From: Candidatus Marinacidobacterium sp.
GTDB lineage: Bacteria; Acidobacteriota; Vicinamibacteria; Marinacidobacterales; Marinacidobacteraceae
Length of the DNA stretch: 64,000 nt
NCBI GenBank assembly: GCA_965204755.1
Contig: OZ242011.1
Span: 192,001-256,000, forward strand
Direction of reading: 5' to 3'
This document shows, one piece after another, positions 57,388 through 64,000 of the stretch (its first letter is position 1; each line of letters starts with the position of its first letter). The position numbers and the translations under genes are program-made. The notes below the pieces were generated by a model. That model was not told the DNA's origin, did not search any database, and saw nothing but the letters and a program-made list of their open reading frames with translations.

Positions 57388-59330
57388 TACCAGGCCACCC
57401 CGTAGTCCTCTCCGTGCTGGCTCGAGCCGCCCCAGAAGGTTCCGTGGGCGCGGTCGAACCAGATCGCGTTGATGGGCCCCGAGGTCCGGGGCGCGAAGCG
57501 CAGGTCGTAACCCATCGCCGCCAACTCCGAGCGCACCCAGTCGGGCACCGCCTCGTTCAGCAGGAGGGCCCCCGGCTCGCTCTCGTGGGCGCCGAAGGAA
57601 CTGCGCATCTGGTAACTGTTGAAGTTGGCCGCTTCGGCCGCCTGCTGCACATCCATTCCGAACTCCACCACATTCAGGAAGAACTGCAGGAGGTTCTGGT
57701 CCTGACCGTCGCCGCCCTGGACGGCGAACGAGAGGAACGGCTCCCCGTCCCGGAGCGCCAGGCTCGGCGTCAGCGTGGCGCGCGGCCGCTTGCCCGGTTC
57801 GAGCACATTGAACGGGTTGGCCGCTTCGTCGAGCACGAAACTCTGCATCCGCTGGCTCAGGCCGATTCCGGTTTCGCCGGCGAGCACCGCCGGCAGCCAG
57901 CCGCCGCTCGGCGTAACCGAAACCACCCAGCCCTCGGCGTCCGCCGCCTGGATCGAGGTCGTCCCCGCCAGGAAGCCGTCGAGGAACTGCTGCCGTTCTT
58001 CCTCGGTGGTCGGGTGGCCGCCGGTTCCGGAGAACTGCTCGAGGTAGTGCGCGTACGGGTTCTCCCCGCCCTCGAAGGGGTACGGGTCGCCGGGGCCGAT
58101 GGTCGGGTCGTTCCGGTCGGGGAGGATGAGGTCGGCGCGGCTTCGCGCGTAGTCCTTCGAGAGGAGGCCGGCGATCGGCTCCTCCGGCGGGAAGTAGGGG
58201 TCGCCGTAGTAGAAGTCCCGGTCGGCGAAGGCCAGGTTCATCGCCTGGTAGAGCGTGTGGATGTAACGCGAACTGTTGTAGCCCATGCCGGCGAGGTCGA
58301 ACGGCTCCAGGATGTTGAGCGCCTGCAGCAGCACCGGCCCCTGCACCCAGTGGGTCAACTTGTACACCTCGATGCCCTTGTAGTCGGTGGAGACCGGCTC
58401 TTCGAGATGCACCTTCCAGTTGGCCAGGTCCTCGACGGTGATGAGCCCGCCCTGTTCCCGGACGCCGCGCGCGAACTCCTCGGCGATGTCGCCGCGGTAG
58501 AAGCGGTCGTAAGCGGCGTAGATCGCCTCCTTGCGGCTCTTCCCGGCGGCGAGCGCTTCGCGTTCCGCTTCGACGAGGCTGCGGAGGGTCGCGGCGAGTT
58601 CCGGCTGGCGGAAGATTTCGCCGGGAACCGGGCCCCCGGCGTCGAAGGCGCTCGTCGCCGCGTCGTCGCGGTCCCAGTAGTTCCCGCTGCCCAACTCCGC
58701 CGGCGGGCCGCTCCCCGCTTCCGCCCGGTCGCGGTGGGGCAGCAGCGTCCGCCGGGAGTAGGGCCATTCGGCTATGCGGTCGGCGCCGCGCTGGATCGCC
58801 CGGGCGGCGGACGCCTCGATCGGGTAGCCGTCGGCCATCTCGATCGCCGGGGCCAGCACTTCCGCGAGCGGCAGCGTCCCGTACTCGGCGAGCATGGTCA
58901 GCAGGCCGCCCGGCGTGCCGGGAGTGACCGCCGCGAGCGGGCCGAGCGCCGGGGGATAGGCCATCCCCCGCTCGCGGAAGAACTCCGGCGTGGCGCCGGT
59001 GGGGGCGGCGCCGAGCGCGTTCACCCCGATCACCCGCTTCTCGCCGGGGTGCCAGATGAGCGCCTGGGTCTCGCCGCCCCAACTCAGGGCGTCGAACATG
59101 GTGGCGGTCGCCCCGAGCATGGCGCAGGCGGCGTCCACCGCGTTGCCGCCGCGCTGGAAGATGGCCGCGCCGGCGGTGGCGCCGAGCGGCTTGCCGGTGA
59201 TCGCCATCCAGTGCCGGCCGTGGAGGACCGGCTTCTGGGTGCGGGTCTGCGCCGCCGCGCTCGCCGCGGCGAGGGCGAGCAGGAGCGCGAGGAGGAGGGG
59301 GGCCGAGCCCCGAAAGCGGAGTGGATGCAT
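57387..59330 (-). CDS. ggt: Gamma-glutamyltransferase family protein
   Basis: GGNAVDAA, TPGTPGG, APAIEMA.GYP, FYRGDIA, autocleavage GTTS, PGKRPRATLTP, GGDGQDQ. Confidence 0.92.
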   Translation of the reverse strand: MHPLRFRGSAPLLLALLLALAAASAAAQTRTQKPVLHGRHWMAITGKPLGATAGAAIFQRGGNAVDAACAMLGATATMFDALSWGGETQALIWHPGEKRVIGVNALGAAPTGATPEFFRERGMAYPPALGPLAAVTPGTPGGLLTMLAEYGTLPLAEVLAPAIEMADGYPIEASAARAIQRGADRIAEWPYSRRTLLPHRDRAEAGSGPPAELGSGNYWDRDDAATSAFDAGGPVPGEIFRQPELAATLRSLVEAEREALAAGKSRKEAIYAAYDRFYRGDIAEEFARGVREQGGLITVEDLANWKVHLEEPVSTDYKGIEVYKLTHWVQGPVLLQALNILEPFDLAGMGYNSSRYIHTLYQAMNLAFADRDFYYGDPYFPPEEPIAGLLSKDYARSRADLILPDRNDPTIGPGDPYPFEGGENPYAHYLEQFSGTGGHPTTEEERQQFLDGFLAGTTSIQAADAEGWVVSVTPSGGWLPAVLAGETGIGLSQRMQSFVLDEAANPFNVLEPGKRPRATLTPSLALRDGEPFLSFAVQGGDGQDQNLLQFFLNVVEFGMDVQQAAEAANFNSYQMRSSFGAHESEPGALLLNEAVPDWVRSELAAMGYDLRFAPRTSGPINAIWFDRAHGTFWGGSSQHGEDYGVAW

Positions 59331-59478
59331 CCCCGTATTGTCCCGAAGCGGCGCCGCCTCTCGCAACGACGCCGCCGGGAGCGCCCGCCCTCGACGACCC
59401 GCGACGACCCCCGACGCCCCCGGGGGGGCCGCGAGCCGGGTCGGCGGCCCGCCGAGGCGTCCGGAAGGGCCGCCCGCT

Positions 59479-60630
59479 TCAGCGCGCGGCGCTCAGGGAA
59501 CTCGAAGCGGCGCCGTCGGAGGGAAACAGGCCCCGTTCCTCCAGTTCACGGCCCACCACTTCGGCGACGAGTGAGTGACCGGCCCCGGTGAGGTGCCCGT
59601 CCTTCGGGTAGTAGAGCGACTCCGGTTGCGGGTGCGCCCGCATCGCCGGCGCCACCTCCACGACCTGGCAATCCTCGGCCGCGCAGAACCGCCGCAGGCG
59701 GGCGGTCGGCGTGAGGATCGTTCGCGCCGCCGGACGCGGGAGCGGAGACCGACCGAGGGCGCGCTCCGTCTCGACAGTCCGCCATCCCCGGTTCTGCGGG
59801 ATGTAGAGGAAGACGATCCCGGCATCCGCCCCGGCGCTCAAACGCGCCATGCGGTCGAGGGCGCCCTCGATCCGCGCCCAAATCGCCTCTTCGTCCTCCG
59901 CGGGTTCGAGACCCGCATCCCGCGCATCGCCGGCCGCCGCGAAACCGATCAGGATGCGCGCGACGCCCGAGCGGAGATAGAGCCATCTCCCGAGGTCCGC
60001 CCAGTCGCCGAGTCGATCGGTGACCAGGTAGCCGCGCGACACCCGGAGGCCGGCGAGGCCCCTCCGGGTGTCCTCGACATCGTTCGGGGCGATGCCGACG
60101 AGCACGAGGTCGGGCCGGAATTTCAACCCGTAGTGTTGGAGCACCAAGGTTTCGGGTTCGGGCCAGTAGCGGGGTACGGCGAGGTTGATGGCTTCCACCC
60201 GGCGCGCGGTTCTCGCGTCGAGCGCCGACTCGAGTCGCGCGAGGAATGTCGCGTCGTCATCGACGCCGACGCCGTAGGTGAAACTGTCGCCGATGCCCAC
60301 GATCCGGAAGGCGCCGGGCGGCTTCTCGAACGGCCGGTCGCGGCCCCGGAAGCCCAGCGAGTTGTGGGTGTAGCGGACATCGAATTCGTCCGTTCGGACC
60401 CTTTCCGTCCGGTCGGCGTCCAACTTCCACGGAAGGACGGCGTCCGCCGCGAAGCCGTGGTCGCGGGGCAGCGGCGGCGCGATCCCGAAGACGCGCACGG
60501 CGGTCTCCAGGGCCGCCGGAACGAATACGGCGCCGAGGGCGAGAGCCGCCGCGGCGAAGCGCCGCGAGCGCCGACGGGGGGGGGGGGGGGGGGGGGGGGG
60601 GCTATTCGCGCCGCCGGCGAACCGGCTCAT
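59479..60630 (-). CDS. SGNH/GDSL hydrolase (acetyltransferase/esterase-like), copy 2
   Basis: NSLGFRG, GDSFTYG, PND, DGHLT..GH; N-terminal TM. Confidence 0.9.
   Translation of the reverse strand: MSRFAGGANSPPPPPPPPRRRSRRFAAAALALGAVFVPAALETAVRVFGIAPPLPRDHGFAADAVLPWKLDADRTERVRTDEFDVRYTHNSLGFRGRDRPFEKPPGAFRIVGIGDSFTYGVGVDDDATFLARLESALDARTARRVEAINLAVPRYWPEPETLVLQHYGLKFRPDLVLVGIAPNDVEDTRRGLAGLRVSRGYLVTDRLGDWADLGRWLYLRSGVARILIGFAAAGDARDAGLEPAEDEEAIWARIEGALDRMARLSAGADAGIVFLYIPQNRGWRTVETERALGRSPLPRPAARTILTPTARLRRFCAAEDCQVVEVAPAMRAHPQPESLYYPKDGHLTGAGHSLVAEVVGRELEERGLFPSDGAASSSLSAAR
60576..60601 (+). repeat. G26 homopolymer (C26 on the coding strand)
   Basis: Counted directly. Confidence 0.9.
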
Positions 60631-61775
60631 CGCGCTGCGCCCGGAGGGCTCGAAGCGGCGCCGTCGAAGGGAAGCAGACCCCGTTCCTCCAGTTCACGGC
60701 CCAACACCTCGGCGATGAGCGCGTGACCGGCCTCCGTGCAGTGGCCGTCCTTCGGGTAGTAGAGCGACTCCGGCTGCGGGTGCGCCCGTATCGCCGGCAG
60801 GACATCGACGACCTCGCAATCCCCGGCCGCGCAGAACCGCCGCAGGCGGGCGGGCAGCGTCGGTCGCGCTGCCCGACGCGGGAGCGGGAACCGACCGAGG
60901 CGCGCTTCTTCCGCCTCGACGGAACTCCACTCCCCGTCCGGGATGTACAGGAAGACGATCTCGGCATCCACCGCGGCGCTCAGGCGCGCCATGCGGTCGA
61001 AGGCGTCCTCCATCCGCGCGTCCCTGGCGTCGGGACTCGCATCCCGCGCGTTGCCGGCCGCCGCGCGCCCGATCAGGACGCGCGCGACATGCGAGCGGAG
61101 ATAGAGCCATCTCCCGAGGTCCGCCCAATCGCCGAGTCGATCGGTGACCAGGTAGCCGCGGGACACACTGGAGCCGGCGGCGCCCGTCCGGGTGTTCTCG
61201 ACATCGTTCGGGCTGATGCCGACGATCACGAGGTCCGGGCGAAACTTCAAGCCGTAGTGTTCGAGCACCAGGGTTTCGGGGTCGGGCCAGTAGCCCGGTA
61301 TGGCGAGGTTGATCGCTTCCACGCGGCGCGCGGTCCTCGCGCCGAGCGCCGCTTCGAGTCGCGCGAGATAGGTCGCGTCGTCATCGACCCCGATGCCGTA
61401 GGTGAAACTGTCGCCGATGCCCACGATCCGGAAGGCGCCGGGCGGCTTTTCGAATGGCCGGTCGCTGCCCCGGAAGCCCAGCGAGTTGTGGGTGTAGCGG
61501 ACCTCGAATTCGTCCGTTCGAACCCGTTCCGTCCGGTCGGCTTCCATCTTCCACGGGAGGACGGCGTCCGCCGCGAAGGCGTCGTAGCGCGGCAGCGGCG
61601 GCGCGATCCCGAAGGCGCGCGCGGCGACCTCCAGGGCCGCCGGAACGAATGCGGCGCCGAGGGCGAGGGCCGCCGCGGCCAGGCGCCGCGAGCGCCGAGG
61701 GAGCCCCCCCCCCCCCCCACTCCGAAGTCGGACTTCATGCCGGCCGGTCGAGAACGGGAGGGAGGGGCGCTCCAC
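60627..61775 (-). CDS. SGNH/GDSL hydrolase, copy 1 (tandem paralogue)
   Basis: Same motifs (GDSFTYG, PND, DGHCT..GH); GAGGA RBS before GTG 61775. Confidence 0.9.
   Translation of the reverse strand: MERPSLPFSTGRHEVRLRSGGGGGLPRRSRRLAAAALALGAAFVPAALEVAARAFGIAPPLPRYDAFAADAVLPWKMEADRTERVRTDEFEVRYTHNSLGFRGSDRPFEKPPGAFRIVGIGDSFTYGIGVDDDATYLARLEAALGARTARRVEAINLAIPGYWPDPETLVLEHYGLKFRPDLVIVGISPNDVENTRTGAAGSSVSRGYLVTDRLGDWADLGRWLYLRSHVARVLIGRAAAGNARDASPDARDARMEDAFDRMARLSAAVDAEIVFLYIPDGEWSSVEAEEARLGRFPLPRRAARPTLPARLRRFCAAGDCEVVDVLPAIRAHPQPESLYYPKDGHCTEAGHALIAEVLGRELEERGLLPFDGAASSPPGAAR
61704..61718 (+). repeat. C15 homopolymer (G15 on the coding strand)
   Basis: Counted directly. Confidence 0.9.
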
Positions 61776-61785
61776 CGACGGTTCC

Positions 61786-63876
61786 TCAGTCGCCTTCCAC
61801 CATGAACCGTTCGAACCAGTTGCGGAGGAGCAACTGCACCCGCAGGAAGTTGGTCGGCGGGAGGCTGCGGCTGTGCCAGCCGTCGGTCAGGCGCACCATC
61901 GCCGTCGGGATCTTCCGCATCTTGAGCGCCCGGTAGTACTGCTCGGTCTGCTCCATGGGCGTCCGCAGGTCGCGCTCGCCGGTCATGAGCATCGTCGGCG
62001 TGGTCACATTCCCGACAACCATGAGCGTGGAGCGGCGCAGGTGCTCCTCCGGGTCGTCCCAGGGCATCTTCTCGAAGTTGCGGTACCAACTCGAACCGTC
62101 CGTCGTGCCGACGAAACTGAGCCAGTTCGTCACCGGCGCCTTCGCCACCGCCGCGGTGAACCGGTCGGTGTTCCCCACGATCCACGAAGTGAGCACGCCG
62201 CCGCCGCTGCCGCCGTATACGAACAGGTTCCGCTCGTCGATGTAGCCGCGCGACAGGACTTCGTCAACGCCGGCCATCAGGTCGTCGAGGTCCTTGCCCG
62301 GGTAGGCGTTTTTGATCTCGTTGCCGAAGGAACTGCCGTAGCCGCTGCTGCCGCGCGGGTTGGTGTAGAGCACGACATAGCCGTTCGCCGCGTGGTCCTG
62401 GTTCTTGAAGTCGAAGCCGCTGTTGTACATCGCGTGCGGTCCGCCGTGGATGCGGAGGATGAGCGGGTACTTCCGCGACGGGTCGAAGTCCGGCGGCTTC
62501 ACGATCCAGCCCTGGATGTCCAGTCCGTCGGGCGAGCGGTACCAGACTTCCTCGACTTCGCCGAAGCGGACGCCGGCGAGGACGGAGGCGTTCGTCTCGT
62601 GGAGGACGGTGAGGTCGTCCGGTTCGTCCACCTCGAACGCGACCAGGGCGCCGGGCCGGTGGTAGGAAGTCACCACGCCGACGGCGACGCCGTTCGCGCT
62701 CACCGAGGACACCGACAGCATGTGGTTCCCCGAAGTCACCGGCCGGACTTCGTCGCCGTCGGTCGGGGCGAAGTAGAGGTTGCTCGTTCCCCGCACCGCC
62801 GCGTTGAAGTACACGCCGCTCTCGTCGGCCGCCCAGCCCACGAGACCCGGACGGCGCCCCATCTCGGAGGCGACCACTTTCGGGCCGCTGCCGTTCGCCG
62901 CCATGACCTGGAGGTCTTCTTCGCGGTAGGTATCGGTGGTCTTCGGCATCCCGGTGTAGGCGATGCGCATTCCCGAAGGGGACGGGAACGCGTTCGAGTC
63001 CGGGCCTTGTCGGTCGGTGACCTGCGTGATCTCTCCGGAGGCGATCTCGACCCGGTAGATCTCCGACTCGCGCCAGGCGTGTTCGGCGTCAGGAGTGCGC
63101 AGCGAGGTGAAGACCAGGGCGCCGCCGTCGCCGACGAACCGGGGGCCGTCGTGGTGGTAGTCGCCCGAAGTGACCTGCCGGGGGGAGCCGCCGTCGGCGC
63201 TCACCGTGAACAGGTGCCGATACCCCGCCGGGGTATAGCCCGAGCCGTCGCGCCGGTAGTTCAGCCGGGTGACGATGCGCGGCGGTTTCGTCCAGTCCGC
63301 GCCTTCGGGGGCGTCCGGCATGGCGATCGCCCAGACCCCGTCGGGTTTCGGGGGAACCACCGCGCGGAAGGCGATCGTCCGGCTGTCCGGGGCCCATTCC
63401 AGTTGCGAGGGCGGGCTCTCGAGGCGGGTGACCTGGCTCTCCGCTCCTTCGGCGTCCATCCACCGCACGAAGACTTGGGAACCCTCGCCTTCCACCGACC
63501 GCAGGAACGCGATCCGGGAGCCGTCCGGCGACCACTTCGCGCCGCTCCCCTCGGTGAGCAGCCGGTTGCGGGAACCGTCGCGGCGGACCACCCAGAGTTC
63601 GGTCTCCCACCGGTCGCGCATCGCGTCCACGAAACGGCGCTCATAGACGACGGTTTCGCCGTCCGGCGAGACCTGCGGGTTGCGCACGGCCTCCCAGGAC
63701 AGGTAGTCGTCGAGCCGCAGGTGGCGCCGCCCGTCCTCGGCGGCGGCCGGCGCCGCGGAGAAGAGCAGGGCGCCGAAGACGACGGCGACGATGGCGGCGG
63801 CGGCGAAGAGCCGGCCGGCGCGGCGCGAAACCGCCGGGGACGCGTTCCCGGAGCGGGGCATCTCGAGTCGTTTCAT
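61786..63876 (-). CDS. S9 family peptidase (acylaminoacyl/dipeptidyl peptidase)
   Basis: Signal peptide, beta-propeller, IHGGPH, NPRGSSGYG, GGSGGG nucleophile, GERDLRTP, GWH; GAGGA RBS. Confidence 0.93.
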   Translation of the reverse strand: MKRLEMPRSGNASPAVSRRAGRLFAAAAIVAVVFGALLFSAAPAAAEDGRRHLRLDDYLSWEAVRNPQVSPDGETVVYERRFVDAMRDRWETELWVVRRDGSRNRLLTEGSGAKWSPDGSRIAFLRSVEGEGSQVFVRWMDAEGAESQVTRLESPPSQLEWAPDSRTIAFRAVVPPKPDGVWAIAMPDAPEGADWTKPPRIVTRLNYRRDGSGYTPAGYRHLFTVSADGGSPRQVTSGDYHHDGPRFVGDGGALVFTSLRTPDAEHAWRESEIYRVEIASGEITQVTDRQGPDSNAFPSPSGMRIAYTGMPKTTDTYREEDLQVMAANGSGPKVVASEMGRRPGLVGWAADESGVYFNAAVRGTSNLYFAPTDGDEVRPVTSGNHMLSVSSVSANGVAVGVVTSYHRPGALVAFEVDEPDDLTVLHETNASVLAGVRFGEVEEVWYRSPDGLDIQGWIVKPPDFDPSRKYPLILRIHGGPHAMYNSGFDFKNQDHAANGYVVLYTNPRGSSGYGSSFGNEIKNAYPGKDLDDLMAGVDEVLSRGYIDERNLFVYGGSGGGVLTSWIVGNTDRFTAAVAKAPVTNWLSFVGTTDGSSWYRNFEKMPWDDPEEHLRRSTLMVVGNVTTPTMLMTGERDLRTPMEQTEQYYRALKMRKIPTAMVRLTDGWHSRSLPPTNFLRVQLLLRNWFERFMVEGD

Positions 63877-63913
63877 GGGAATCCTCCTCGCCGGCGCGAA
63901 ACGCCGGCCGGGA

Positions 63914-64000
63914 TCAGACGAGACAGCCGAAGGAGCCGGCGGCGTCGGCGTCCCGACCGCCGATGGTGTCCGGCCCGGTGAAGGTCACCCGGTGCATCAG
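63914..64000 (-). CDS. 3' end of a gene running off the window, possibly a TauD-like dioxygenase
   Basis: Reads LMHRVTFTGPDTIGG...*; LMHRVT resembles the TauD C-terminal motif. Confidence 0.4.
   Translation of the reverse strand: MMHRVTFTGPDTIGGRDADAAGSFGCLV

Overview
High-GC (roughly 70% by eye) bacterial chromosomal window. It carries housekeeping and scavenging genes: ppk1 3' end, RibD-like reductase with an MDR dehydrogenase, a PotABCD-like ABC operon with an embedded MmgE/PrpD gene, glpK, D-aminoacylase, M24 and S9 peptidases, GntP permease, gamma-glutamyltransferase, rplM-rpsI-rpsB-tsf-pyrH-frr and thrC. A 19.3-kb gene encodes a ~6,400-aa Calx-beta/Ig repeat adhesin with a 693-bp tandem repeat, a Gly28 linker and an autotransporter-like C-terminus. 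Accessory DNA includes an SDH-type Clp-fold protease followed by two small paralogues (37.1-38.6 kb). An islet after thrC (47.6-54.9 kb) holds a truncated and a full DUF1156 DNA methylase, an IS1634-like remnant, a SAM methyltransferase and an unexplained non-coding element with 15 direct RACACAKG repeats in two clusters around an AT-rich core. Two tandem SGNH hydrolases carry long homopolymer tracts at equivalent 5' positions. ACGT and AGCT appear strongly depleted across the window. No rRNA, tRNA or CRISPR array was recognised. Family calls come from motif recognition only; no database searches were run.
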